In this document: one piece after another, positions 15,175 to 29,010 of the stretch
Layout: every line of letters starts with the position of its first letter
Numbering within the stretch: position 1 is the first letter of the stretch
Assembly (NCBI GenBank): GCA_964016885.1
Contig: OZ024743.1
Coordinates: 65,720,001 to 65,784,000 of the forward strand
Direction: 5' to 3'
Origin: Eledone cirrhosa
Taxonomy: Eukaryota
Length of the DNA stretch: 64,000 nucleotides
Position numbers and translations under genes: made by a program
Notes under the pieces: generated by a model
What the model saw: the letters and a program-made list of their open reading frames with translations, nothing else
What the model was told of the DNA's origin: nothing
Databases searched by the model: none

Positions 15175-15780
15175 AGTCGTAGAGACCCCATCATGACATA
15201 CGGCGTGTCTGAACACAATCGATTTCTTGGAGAGAAAGATATTAAAAGAGAAACTGAGGGAGAGGACGATAGAGAAGAAGTGAGAAAGATATATAGAGAA
15301 AAAATCGATTCCAGTAAAGGACTGGTATTTTTTTTATCGACCTTGAAAAGAAAAGGTGCAAAGTTGACCTCGGTGGGATTTGAACTCAGTATGCAGCGTA
15401 CCGGAAAGCATGACTCAGCTAAAACGCTGCCCAGTGATTTATTAAAAAGCTTTGAAGTTGTCACTTTATGTCACAGAATTCGTAGATCAATATCTATGTA
15501 ACTACATCCTAAAAATGGCCGTTAAGGCGTTGGCTTAAAAATGTCGCGGTATTTGAACCGACTGCGCTCTGAGCTCAAATCCTACTGGGAACATGTTTGC
15601 CTTTCATCCTTTCGCGGTCGGTAAATAAAATACAAATCCTCTCTTCTTCACTTCATATCTCTCTTTCTTTCTCTGGAAGAAATCGGCTGTTCCGACCGGG
15701 AGAAGGAGGGGCCCCACTAGGTTTAATATGCTTAGGACGGCGCCCCTACGATTCCATCAAGAGTTAAGTGCCCTTTACAT
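15175..15780. mobile_element. Two degenerate family-2 SINEs in opposite orientation (~15175-15395 minus, ~15540-15780 plus)
   Basis: Core and tail motifs recognisable on each strand. Confidence 0.65.
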
Positions 15781-16560
15781 TATATTTTTATTTATATCTT
15801 AAAAACCCATACACAATAGATAACATGGTTCTAGATTCTCTGTAATCTAAATGGAGATAGCTAAACCATATTTGTTTATTATAGATCAGTGTGTTTGATA
15901 AGAGTTGTCTTGAGGCCAAGACAATATAATTGCAATAATAAGGACAACAATTTATGCGGTAGCAAACGAACCAACGAGAGGTTTTATTCGCAGCCACTCA
16001 ACATGCTAGAAATAGCAGCCAACTCTCTCTCTCCGACATCTTATCAAAAATGTAGTCCAAAATATACATAAAGACGTGATGGTCATAACTGGAACGTATT
16101 TGACGATATGTCTGTGTATTTGATCATAAATCACCTGGTGCTAAACAACAACAACATTACACAGGCCTCTCGCCAAATGTGGGCCACGAGATGGCGTTTC
16201 TTCCTAATGTTTAGTGATACACCAACACATTCAGAAAATAATTTATTTAAAAAACAAATATCTCGAAAGAAGTTCCTTGAAATCTTGATTTTACTAACTT
16301 CTCAGAACAAGACCAAGAACAAACATAAATTCCCAAAATGTTAACCTTGAGAATAAGTATGTCCACACAGAATGTTCTGAAGTCTCATCAATGCACCAAA
16401 GCCCGGCGATGGGCTTGACACTAAGGTCGATATAATCGACTTTTTTCCTTCTGCAAAATTACTAGTCTTGTGTCAATGTTAGAAATAATTACTGGTATGG
16501 ACCTGACGGACATCATCAGGCTACAACCGTCGAATTACGCAGTTTCTATATACGTGTATA

Positions 16561-16591
<31 letters not shown>

Positions 16592-16964
16592 TTTAAATTT
16601 ATTTCTCAGAAGATAAAGAAAAAAGCAACTTCAGTCGAGGCACAGAGAAAGCTAGCAAGTGAAGATGGAATGTACTGAGATACATATCTTTACTAGAAGT
16701 TAATACTCGACATGTTCACCGCTGTAGCAGTATAACGTTACAAACATTCAAACAAAACATATTAAATGACGAATTGTAAGCATTGATAAAAACACATATA
16801 TTGTTTCAAACGGCTAAATATGTGGATAGGATTCAGAGAAATTGAGATAGCCTAAACATCTATTTGCCAACTGGCAAAGGAAGCACGTTAGGCACATCAG
16901 ACACATTAAATTAATGTGTCGGGAATATTAGCCACATTCACCGAGGACGAAAGAATTCCCTTCA

Positions 16965-17580
16965 CAGTGGTGGTTAGCTTCTGAGTTCGATCCCACTGCG
17001 TGGCATCTTGGGCAAGTGTTATTTACCATACCATCGGGTAGACCCAAAGTGGCGAATTGGTAGAGTTGTTAGAACGTCGGATAGAATGCTTTGCAGTATT
17101 CGTTTCGACTCTCTACTCTCTCAGTTCAAATCCCACCGAGGTCAACTTTGCCTTTCATCCATTCAAGGTCGATAAAAATGTACCAGTCAAGTACTGGGGT
17201 CGATTCTTCCTCTATATCTCTTTCTCACTTCCTTTCTCTCACTCTATCTTTCTCTGTATTTACACCTGGAAAAGAGATGGGCTGTTTCTGGTTTAAAAAA
17301 TACCCTAGAAATGCCGTATATCTATACAGCACCCCTACAACTCCCTCAGGAGTTACGGGACCATACATGCTTGTGGGTAGACCCAAGCCTTGTGAGAGAA
17401 ATTAGGTAGACAGAAACTGTTTGGAAGCCCGTCGGATTCAATGTATCTGCAATTCAAAGGGCCAGCCTTAATGCCCACTGCATCGTGCTGGATATCCTTG
17501 AGAATTACGTTAAGAGAGGATGTGTATGTGGAATGCTCAGCCACTTACAGGTTAATTTTATGAGCATGCCGTTCTGTTAG
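16965..17580 (+). mobile_element. Different tRNA-derived SINE interrupted by a family-2 SINE (~17049-17370)
   Basis: GAGTTCGATCCCACTGCGTGGCATCTTGGGCAAGTG host; TSD GGGTAGACCCAA at 17036-17047 and 17375-17386. Confidence 0.75.
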
Positions 17581-17828
17581 AGATTATACATCATGTTAGA
17601 GATTATAAGAGCTCTAAACTTCTGCAGAATGAAAAATAGAGGAAGAATCAACCACAGTATATGACTGGTATTTGAAAGGATGAAAGGAAATTAATATCTG
17701 CCGGATTCGAACTCACAGCGCAGTGAACCGGAACAAATAGAAAGGTATTTTTAAAGGTATTTTTAATTCGCCACCTTTTTCATCAGTTTAAAATGTGTAA
17801 AAAACTGCCATTAGAAATTATTTTGTCG

Positions 17829-18015
17829 GTGGATTGGCAGTATCGGTAGAGGGTCGGACGCCATGCTTTTACGCATAGAGTTACGGCCCTTTCCATTCTA
17901 AGTTCAAATCCCGCCGAGGTTAACTTTGCCTTTCATCCTTACGGGGTCGATAAAATAAAGCACCAGTAATACACTGGGATAATTGCTGGCCTTGTGCCAA
18001 AAGTAGAAACAATTA
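17829..18015 (+). mobile_element. Full-length family-1 SINE
   Basis: GGTGGATTGGCAGTATCGGTAGAGGG A-box head to AAAGTAGAAACAATTAT tail. Confidence 0.9.
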
Positions 18016-18514
18016 TTTGACTGGTATTTGAAAGGATGAAAGGCAAATTAACATCGGTCGGATTTGAACTCACAGCGAAGTGAACCGGAACAAATAGAAA
18101 GATATTTTTAATTCGGCACCTTTTTCATCAGTTTAAAATGTGTAAGAAACTGCCATTACAAATTATTTAGTCGGAGTGACCATTGTGTATGTGAGCGGTG
18201 AATTAGCAGAGTTGTTAAAACATCGGATGGAATGCTTTGTGGTATTTATTCCGACTCTCTGCACTCTTTGGGTGCAAATTACACCGAGATTTACCGCAAA
18301 GCATTCTATCCGACGTTCTAACGACTACGCCAATTCACCGCCACGTGTGTTTGTATTAGTGTTTTAAAGCCAGTGTGTACTAGCATGTGTGTATGTGCAC
18401 ACACAACAGTGTGTGTTTGTGTTTTGCGGAATGAATTGTGGAAATTTGTAGAACGAGTGAACCCAATACCTCGTAATTCAAATGATTGAAGGCTGAGGTG
18501 TATTTTGAAGAGGA

Positions 18515-18990
18515 CATCAACGACGATGACAGCAACAACAACAACAATGACAACAACCATAACAACAATAACAACAACAATAACAATGAAAACAACAGCA
18601 ATAACAATAAGAAAAAGGATGACAACAGCAAAAACAACAGCAACAACAACAATAACACAAATAATAACAACAATGCCAACGACAAAAACAACTGCAAAAC
18701 AACAGCAAAAACAACAAACATTATAACAATAACAATAACAACAATAACAACAATAAAAACAATAACAATAATTACAACATCAACGACCAGAACAACAACA
18801 ACAAAATCATCAACGACCACAACAACAACGACAACAACAAAAACATCAACGACCAAAACAACAACGACAACAACGATAACAATAACAACATCAACGACCA
18901 CAACAACAACAACGTCAACGGCGAAAACAACAACAATAAAAACAACGTCAACGACCAGAAGCACAACATCAACAACAACAATAACAACAC
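18515..18990. repeat. (AAC)n-rich low-complexity repeat
   Basis: Direct reading. Confidence 0.9.
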
Positions 18991-19156
18991 CTACGGTAAT
19001 TATGTTTGATGTTTTTATCTTTCCCTTCCCCAGCTCCACATTACATCATTGTCAAACTAACAATTATGACATCTCGTTAACCTTTCATCTCACCTCTCAT
19101 CTCATTTACTCTTCTTTCACATCTCTATATCATCACCTCTCATCTCTTGTTAACCT

Positions 19157-20135
19157 TTCACCTCACCTCTCTCATCTCATTTACTCTCCTTTCACTTCTC
19201 TACATCGTCCCCAGTCATCTCTTCAGCTCTCCCTTTCAGCTTTCACCTCACCTCTCTCATCTCATTTACTCTCCTTTCACTTCTCTACATCGTCCCCAGT
19301 GATCTTTTCAGCTCTCCCCTTCACCTCACCTCTCTCATCTCATTTACTCTCCTTTCATTTCTCTACATCGTCCCCAGTCATCTCTTCAGCTCTCCCCTTC
19401 ACCTCACCTCTCTCATCTCATTTACTCTCCTTTCACTTCTCTACATCGTCCCCAGTCATCTTTTCAGCTCTCCCCTTCACCTCACCTCTCTCATCTCATT
19501 TACTCTCCTTTCACTTCTCTACATCGTCCCCAGTCATCTTTTCAGCTCTCCCCTTCACCTCACCTCTCTCATCTCATTTACTCTCCTTTCACTTCTCTAC
19601 ATCGTCCCCAGTTATCTCTTTAGCTCTCCCCTTCACCTCACCTCTCTCATCTCATTTACTCTCCTTTCACTTCTCTACATCGTCCCCAGTCATCTCTTCA
19701 GCTCTCCCTTTCACCTTTCACCTCACCTCTCTCATCTCATTTACTCCCCTTTCACTTCTCTACATCGTCGCCAGTCATCTCTTCAGCTCTCCCTTTCACC
19801 TTTCACCTCACCTCTCTCATCTCATTTACTCTCCTTTCACTTCTCTACATCGTCCCCAGTCATCTCTTCAGCTCTCCCTTTCAGCTTTCACCTCACCTCT
19901 CTCATCTCATTTACTCTCCTTTCACTTCTCTACATCGTCTCCAGTCATCTCTTCAGCTCTCCCCTTCACCTCACCTCTCTCATCTCATTTACTCTCCTTT
20001 CACTTCTCTACATCGTCCCCAGTCATCTCTTCAGCTCTCCCTTTCAGCTTTCACCTCACCTCTCTCATCTCATTTACTCTCCTTTCACTTCTCTACATCG
20101 TCCCCAGTCATCTCTTCAGCTCTCCCCTTCACCTT
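19157..20135. repeat. 78-bp pyrimidine-rich minisatellite (~12 units, some with 7-bp insertions)
   Basis: Unit TTCACCTCACCTCTCTCATCTCATTTACTCTCCTTTCACTTCTCTACATCGTCCCCAGTCATCTCTTCAGCTCTCCCC. Confidence 0.9.
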
Positions 20136-20369
20136 TCATCTCCCCATATCATCTCACCCTTTCACTTTCCAAAACTCCCCCTATTATCTCTCTGTTATCT
20201 TCCTGCTCTCTCTCTCTGTCTCTCTCTCCCTTCCTCTCTCTCTCATTCCGTCTACCGGTCTCTCTAGCATAATCTGTCTGTCTCCTTCTCTGCCCCCTCT
20301 CTCTCTGTCCCACTCTCCCTTTGTCTATGTCTCTCTCTGTCTCTCTCTGTCTCTCTCTCTCCATGTCTT

Positions 20370-20412
<43 letters not shown>

Positions 20413-20755
20413 CCATGCCTCTGTATATCTCTCTCTATCCTCTCTCTCTCCCTCTTTCTCTCTCTCTGTCCATGCCTCTGTATATATATATATATATATC
20501 TCCCTCTCTCTCCTTCCATCTCTCTCTCTGTCCATGTCTCTGTATATCTCTCTCTCTCCTTCTCTCTCCCTCTCTCTCTTTCTGTCCATGCCTCTGTATC
20601 TCTCTCTCTATCCTCCCCCCTCTCTCTCTCTGTCCATGCCTCTGTATATCTCTCTCTGTCTATGTCTCTCATTAATTTACTCTCTCTCAATGTCACTCTC
20701 ACCCAATCTTTCATATTTTTAATAATTCTTTCTTTCTTGCTTTCTTCCTTCCTTC

Positions 20756-20823
<68 letters not shown>

Positions 20824-21227
20824 ATATCTTCCCCTCTTTCATTAGTCCCCCCCCCCCTCTTTGATTCCTGCAGTAACAAACCAAGTCAACATGAATGACA
20901 CTATAATTACATCAGAGAAAGAACAATAAAAGACAAAAGACAACAAACAAATAACAAAAAAACAAAAACAAAAGACAACGCTCCACATCACAAAAAAAAC
21001 ACAAACAACAACAACAATCATAACAAAGTGAAATTACTACCTTCGTTAATTACAACAATATTAAACAAATACAAACAACAATTAATGGTAGTGTTAAATA
21101 AAAAAGATAAAAAAAGCCAGAGCTGGAATATAAAAACCGTCATGGCTGAAGGTGATTCTCAACTTACCCTCCCCACCCCATAAGTTTTCACATCTTGCTC
21201 CCCCCCCCAAAGGCTTACACCCCTCAC

Positions 21228-21259
<32 letters not shown>

Positions 21260-21281
21260 GCTGCTGCTACTACTACTACTA

Positions 21282-21313
<32 letters not shown>

Positions 21314-21461
21314 GCTAATCCTTATATATCTTGCCCTCTCCCCCCAAAGACTTACGCCCTCCTCATTTTTCTCCCCCCCCCCAAAAAAGAGAAAAAACTA
21401 ACTAAATAACCCAATAAGCAAAAACCAAACTACCGATTCATTACCAAGGAATGAATAATGA

Positions 21462-21513
<52 letters not shown>

Positions 21514-21565
21514 GCTGCTACTACTACTACTACTACTAGTACTACTACTACTATTACTACTACTG

Positions 21566-21618
<53 letters not shown>

Positions 21619-21629
21619 GCTACTACTAT

Positions 21630-21663
<34 letters not shown>

Positions 21664-21677
21664 GCTACTACTACTAG

Positions 21678-21733
<56 letters not shown>

Positions 21734-22356
21734 GTGCTGCTACTGCTGCTGCTGCTAGTACTACTGCAACTGCTACTACTACTGCAGCTACTACTACTAC
21801 TGCAACTGCTACTACTACTGCTACTGCTACTACTACTACTACCACCACCACCAACACCACTACCACCAGCACCACCACCACCACTACTACTACTGCCAGT
21901 ACTACCACCACCAACACAACCACCACCACCACCACCACCACCACCACCACCACCACCACCACCACCACCACTACCACCACCACTACTACTACCACCACCA
22001 CTACCACCACCACTACTACTACCACCACTACTTCACCACCACCACCACGACGACCACCACTACTACTACCACTACTACAACACCACCACCACTACTACTA
22101 CTACCACTACTACACCACCACCACCACCACCACCACTACTACTACCACTACTACACCACCACCACTACTACTAACACTACTACACCACCAGCACCACCAC
22201 GACCACCACCACTACTACTACCACTACTACAACACCACCACCACCACCACCACTACTACTACTACCACTACTACACCACCACCACCACCACCACTACTAC
22301 TACCACTACTACACCACCACCACTACTACTAACACTACTACACCACCAGCACCACC

Positions 22357-22387
<31 letters not shown>

Positions 22388-22675
22388 CCACCACCACTAC
22401 TACCACTACTACACCACCACCACCACCACCACTACTACTACCACTACTACACCACCACCAGCACCACTACTACTACCACTACTACACCACCAGCACCACC
22501 AGCACCACTACTACACCACCACCACCACCACCACCACTACTACTACTACTACCACTACTACCACTACTACACCACAATTACTACTACCACTTTTCCACCA
22601 CCACCACCACCACAACTACTACTACCACTACTACACCACCACTACCACCACTACTATACCACTACTACCACCACC
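21228..22675. repeat. (TAC)n/(CAC)n trinucleotide arrays
   Basis: Direct reading. Confidence 0.95.
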
Positions 22676-22720
22676 AGACAGTTGATACCAGTCAGTTATT
22701 GAATTTTGTAGATATATCAA

Positions 22721-22780
<60 letters not shown>

Positions 22781-22866
22781 TCTCCCCCTCTCTCTCCCCC
22801 TCTCTCTCCCCCCCCTCTCTCTCTCTCTCTCTCTCACTCTCTCCCTCTTCATCCCTCCTCTCTCTC

Positions 22867-22934
22867 CTCTATCTGATGAGTGAACTAGACATATGTTAAT
22901 ATTCTCAAGGGTCCTGAAACCTTTGGTAATGGAG
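22867..22934 (+). ncRNA. Hammerhead ribozyme, degenerate stem II
   Basis: CTCTAT-CTGATGA-(36 nt)-GAAA-CCTTTGG-TA-ATGGAG; stem I CTCTAT/ATGGAG, stem III ACC/GGT, GUA site. Confidence 0.55.
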
Positions 22935-22957
22935 TAGTTATATATTGTGTTGTTCAC

Positions 22958-23031
<74 letters not shown>

Positions 23032-23182
23032 CTTATATATATAAGTCTATATATATATATATAAGGTTTATATATATATATATTCCCATATCTTACGTTA
23101 TATATTTCCATCTTGACGTTATAGTCACTTATATATTATGAAATACTGTTGGCTTCTTGCTCACATTAATTTCTCTATTTTC

Positions 23183-23213
<31 letters not shown>

Positions 23214-23218
<5 letters not shown>

Positions 23219-23472
23219 AAATAAAGATCCGAAAATTTAACGATGTTCACTCACTAGAGTTTTGTCCCCCATATATGGTGACAAAGCTCTAGTGAGTGAA
23301 CATCGTTAAATGTTCTCCCTCATATCAAGGAGTTGAAGACAATTCATTTTCACATGACGAGTTCAGTGATAATCGATCATGGCCACACGATCGATCTATC
23401 TCTTATTGAAACATGTGTCGTGATTAAAATGATTGGAAATTTATACCATGACTTCGGATCTTTATTTTGATA
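23214..23472 (+). mobile_element. PLE-like pLTR fragment with 20-bp inverted termini, internal hairpin and C3A-mutated hammerhead
   Basis: TATCAAAATAAAGATCCGAA / TTCGGATCTTTATTTTGATA; hairpin 23235-23311; TCAC-ATGACGA...GAAA-CATGTG-TC-GTGA. Confidence 0.55.
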
Positions 23473-23961
23473 CAAATACTCCGTTTTACATCATCTAGCT
23501 GTTCCCATAAATGGAATTGGAGATATACAAAAGCGTGGAGAACTTAATATTGCTAACAAAAATTTTATTGGACCGTTTTACACAACCAATAATATACCTT
23601 ACTATATAACAGCTATATATATATATATATATAAGACCCATCGGTCCCACCACATACAGTTGTAGCTCTACATGTAAACACCCTGCATACACACGCATAC
23701 GGGTGTAACATACACCCGTACACCTGCATCCATGGTCTTTATAACACAATCTCCCCTCACCCTACACATTCTGCTGCATGGACGTGTATGTGCACCCGCC
23801 CATACATCACGTGCACACACCCAGTGCTCTCATCTGAGGGTACATGTGTGTTTCTTTATCTTGCACGTGCGTCTCTGTTGCTATGGCACCCAGTGCCATG
23901 GTTGTGGTGCCGTCAGTTTTACATGTTTCCCATCATTCACTCCGCCACCACCATCTCCCGG

Positions 23962-24560
23962 CTCTATCCACCTCTCCACATGTAGTGACACCACACTTAC
24001 TAGCTCTATCCACCTCGCCACATGTAATGACACCACACTTACTAGCTCTATCCACCTCTCCACATGTAGTGACACCGCACTTACTAGCTCTATCCACCTC
24101 TCCACATGTAGTGACACCACACTTACTAGTTCTATCCACCTCTCCACATGTAGTGACACCACACTTACTAGCTCTATCCAACTCTCCACATGTAGCGACA
24201 CCACACTTACTAGCTCTATCCACCTCTCCACATGTAATGACATTACAATTCCTAGCTCTATCCACCTCTGCACATGTAGCGACATCACACTTCTTAGCTC
24301 TATCCACCTCCGCACATGTAGCGACATCACACTTCTTAGCTCTATCCACCTCCACACATGTAGTAACATGTAGCGACACCATACTTACTAGCTCTATCCA
24401 CCACTCCACATGTAGCGACACCACACTTACTAGCTCTATTCACCTCTCCACATGTAGCGACATCGCACTTACTAGCTCTATCCACCTCTCCACATGTAGT
24501 GACACCACACTTACTAGCTCTATCCACCTCTCCACATGTAGTGACATCACATTTTCTAGT
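23962..24560. repeat. 42-bp minisatellite (~14 units)
   Basis: Unit TAGCTCTATCCACCTCTCCACATGTAGTGACACCACACTTAC. Confidence 0.9.
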
Positions 24561-24637
24561 TCAGCTGTTTGGCACTTTTTTGCATCTTTTACTCGAATTT
24601 CTACAAACTTATTTTTCCACATTTCCAAATATATATT

Positions 24638-24680
<43 letters not shown>

Positions 24681-24897
24681 TCACACGTTCCCCCCACACA
24701 CATACATATATATATATATATATAAAGACTCTCTTCCTACTATTTCAAGCGTTAAGCTAATATATTTCTTCTAGGCACTGTGCCGTTTGATTTGTTATTT
24801 TTGTTATTGTTTCTGTTTACCATTTATACATACACACATACATACATACATACATACATACATACATACATACATACATACACACATACATATATAC

Positions 24898-24933
<36 letters not shown>

Positions 24934-24993
24934 ATATGTATGTATGTGTGTATGTGTGTGTGTGTGTGTATGTGTGTGTGTGTGTGTAAATAG

Positions 24994-25034
<41 letters not shown>

Positions 25035-25038
25035 GAAA

Positions 25039-25101
<63 letters not shown>

Positions 25102-25770
25102 CAAATTGTCAGAAGGTCTGATAGAAGGTCTGCGGTATTCGTTCCAGCTGTCTGCACCTTGAGTTCAAATCCCGTTGAGGTCAACTTGTTTAACTGTTAC
25201 AGAACTTACATATTCAGTACCCACCATGTTGCTGTTGCTGTTGTTGTTATTGTTACTTACACTGAAGGTTGACCTAAACCAAACAGACCCATGACATACA
25301 AACATTCCAGACATATCTATCTCAGCTACATAATAAATAAACAAAAATGACCCCCACAAATACAAGAAAAACACAAGAACCCCCTCCCCGCTAGAAAACA
25401 AGACTCGCAAAAAACAACACAGTAAATTAAAAATATAATAAATACTAATCTTTATAACAGTAACATCCTTTATCTCTTAAAGTCTTTATTACACACAAAT
25501 AAACATACATATACACACAGTCATACACATACACACACACACACACACATACATACACACATACATACATACACACACACATACACGGAATAACATATAC
25601 ACTAACGCGTAAACTCACTCTCAATGTATATAAGAGTGTGTGCATGTATATATGTTAGCATGTATATATGTAGGCATGTATATATGTGTGCATATTTATA
25701 TGTTTGCGTGTATATATGTGTTTTTGAATATGTGTGTGCATATATATATATATAAGTGTGCATGCAGATA

Positions 25771-25813
<43 letters not shown>

Positions 25814-26149
25814 ATGTATACATGTATGCATGTATGTATGTGTGCATATATAAGGGTGCATGTATATGTGTGCATGCATATATGAGTGCATGTATATATG
25901 TGTATATGTATATGTATATATGTGTATATGTATAAATGTGTTCATCTATATAAGTGCGCTTGTATATATGCGTGCATGTATATATGTGTTCATGTATATA
26001 TATGTTCATGTATATATGTGTTCATGTATATAAGTGTGCACGTATATATGTGCATATGTATATATGTGTGCATCTATATAAGTTCGCATGTATATATGTG
26101 TTCATGTATATACGTGTGCATGTATATTTGTATGTATGATTTTGTACCC

Positions 26150-26300
26150 ATATTTCCCCATCTCACCCATGTCCCCCACAAGCTACTAATTTAATCGTTT
26201 GTTTCCCCAAGAATTTCCAAATGACCGTCTGGAATTTGTTCCCTACACACATCTTTCCTGCAACCTTCTAATTGCAACAATACGAGCGGACCCCTAATGG
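26150..26300 (+). mobile_element. Possible CR1/Jockey-group LINE 3' fragment
   Basis: Translation TVWNLFPTHIFPATF*LQ resembles the LWNSLP..FP...LQ end motif. Confidence 0.35.
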
Positions 26301-27054
26301 TATGAAGATCGCTAGTTTGAAGGACCAAGGCCCTTCCCCTTGACAGAAAACAAATCTAAGTTCCAAATAAAATATGTATGTATATGTGTGTATGTTTGTG
26401 CGTGGATGTACATGTGTGTGTGCTTACGTGTACCATAATTCACTGGGGCTTCTATCGTTAGACTGTGGCCATACTGCAGCAATGCTCTGTTACTGTGGCC
26501 ATAATGGGGCAATGCTCTGTTACTGTGGCCGTACCAAGGCAATGCTCTGCTACTGGTCTCTGTTGTTAGACTGTGGACATACTAGGGCAATCTTCTACTA
26601 CTGTGGCCATACTGTTCCAAATAAAATATGTATGTATATCTGTGTATGTACATGTGTGTGTGAGTGCGTGTACGATAATTTATTACCGCGAAACGCTCTC
26701 TTTCCATCAGCCATCAGACCTTATTTATTGCTCCAGCTTTACCACCTTCATATCATTCATCACCTCTATCAAATTAATTAGTCTAATAACGAAATAGAGT
26801 TGTTCCCCAAATATCTCTCACCCTACCTACCCGATCATTTTGTTTAGATAACAATCCCTGGTGTTGTCTGTAGTCAGACGAGAGACCTAGGACAGAGAAT
26901 TTCACGGCTGTAGGACAGCAGAACGAGAGAACAGCTGTGGTTTGTTCATGTAGTACACACATAAGTATAAGAGATAGGAGACGGCACATATCTCTTTTAC
27001 CACCACTTATATGTATATATACACCAATTAATTCTATCCATCTATCTATCTATC

Positions 27055-28622
27055 TGGCACCCTACTGAAGGAATACGAAAGGTTCACAGGAGCGAAGCTG
27101 AACCGGGACAAGTCCATCGGTTTGCAACTCAGATCGTGGAGAGGCAAACCGATGCCTTCTGATGGCGTCGTCGGACGCTGAACGGAAGGGCCGGTGAAGC
27201 TGCTCGGGGTCTGGTTTGGTCCGGACCTCCATGTGGAGAAGAACTGGAACGAGGTGACGGCCAATGTGTTTGCACTCACCCAGAAGTTCGCCGAGTGCAA
27301 ACTATCCTAGAAAGGTCGAGCGGAGGTGGCGAACACTTTTATAGCGCCCGTCATCTACTACCGCTTGACCGTCGTGCCTTGTCCAGCCAAAACGCTCGCC
27401 GAAATGGAGCGCGCGCTCTTCCAATTCCTTTGGAAGAAGCGGGCTCCTTTGGTGAGAAGATCCACCTGCTGCCAACACCCTTCCAACGGAGGGCTGGGGA
27501 TGCCGTGGCTAACGATGCGCAAACACGGGATCAGGCTGCGGCACCTCCACTTATTCCTCACCGGACAACCGGTGTGGGCCCCGTTTGTGAGGCGAGCATT
27601 CCCACGACTCGTCTGGCTTACCGAGCTGCAGTCCTGGGTCAAGCAAAGACCGAGGAAAATGGGCTACTGGCACATCGAATGTGCTCAGGCGCTCACAACC
27701 CTCTGGCAAGCGGACTCGGCGATTAGTGGAGACTCCACTTCGTCATTCTATAGAGGGTTGATCCGCAGCAAGTGCGACGACGCGCTCGGAGAAACTCTAG
27801 GCGTAGAGGAAGACGAACTGGCCAATCTGTTCGTTAGGACCTTCTGCCTGGGACCGATGGACAACTTCCAAAAGTCCCTGGTCTGGCAGTGCTACCGAGG
27901 AGCTCTACCAGTTCGAGACAAGCTCTACTGACATGGGAGCCCGGGTAGGGACCCTTCGAAAAAGATCTGTCCGAGATGCGTGCGAGACGAAGAAACCGTC
28001 GCGTACACATTCGTACACTTCTCGGGCGTTACCGACCTGTGAGGCTATGTAGAACGACTATTGTCGCGGGTGGGACCAATCCGGTTGACCACCGAGTCAA
28101 TTGTCATGATCAAACCGCCACCCTCCCTCAAAAACGAAGGAGAGGCGGTTTTCCTTTGTGTGATAGCTATGGCGAAAGAGGTTGTATGGTGGACGGGGTT
28201 GAAAGGGCTGAGGTCAGACACCTTTCTCTCCGGCCAACAACTGATTCTTTTTTTCAAATACCACTTTGGGAGAAGAATCAGGATGGAGAGAGAGGTGCTG
28301 TACCCCAGCAAGTTTTATGAAAGGTGGGTGAAAGTGGCGAGAATGGCCCGAGTGAATGGGCCTTCTCTCTATATCAGCCTGTAGGTTGAGGAAAAAGAGG
28401 AAGAGAGGAAAGGGGTACTCACTCTTCGTACTCCTGGAGATGAGGGTTGCATATTTTTTCGGGGGTATGTGTTACCCAAATGTAATGTCTCCCTCTATTG
28501 GGGAAAATCGATTAATTTTTAAATTGCATTTGTGATAGTAATTTACACGTTTTTATTGTATGTAAACTCCCCTCTTTGTATTTGTCGCCTTCTTTTGCGC
28601 CCTCGTGGCAATAAATAGAAAC
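27055..28622 (+). mobile_element. 5'-truncated Tx1/L1-clade LINE ORF2 pseudogene (RT C-terminus to CCHC region) with 3' UTR
   Basis: LLKEYERFTGAKLNRDKS...VKLLGVWFG...NW...KGRAEVANTFI...GGLGMP...CPRC...ETV; several in-frame stops; AATAAA at 28610. Confidence 0.9.
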
Positions 28623-28763
28623 ATATCTATCTATCTATCCATCTATCTGTCTATCTATCTATCTATCTATTTATCAGTCTATCTTTTTGTTTGACAATCT
28701 TTCTGCCTGTCTCCCCCCCCCTCTCTCTCTCTCTCCCCCTCTCTCTCTCTCTCTCTCTCACAC

Positions 28764-28832
<69 letters not shown>

Positions 28833-28936
28833 GTGTATATATATATGTATATATTTATATATATATAAATATATATATACATACATATATATATATATAT
28901 ATGTATGTATATATATGTATATATATATATACACAG

Positions 28937-29010
<74 letters not shown>

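Noticed and set aside
16495-16548. Minus-strand CTGATGA and GAAAC as a hammerhead
   Set aside because: Order and stems do not form a consistent fold; CTGATGA at ~37918 and ~15030 likewise lack a partner GAAA
17829-17915. tRNA genes at A/B-box motifs
   Set aside because: They are SINE heads followed by the Meta core, present in many diverged copies
18486-20267. 593-aa ORF (N/T-rich plus 26-aa repeats, mucin-like)
   Set aside because: Translation of an (AAC)n tract and a 78-bp minisatellite lacking stops by composition; non-ATG start, frame switches between units, no domain
23732-24725. ORFs with 14-aa Cys/His repeats
   Set aside because: 42-bp minisatellite open in several frames on both strands; no zinc-finger spacing
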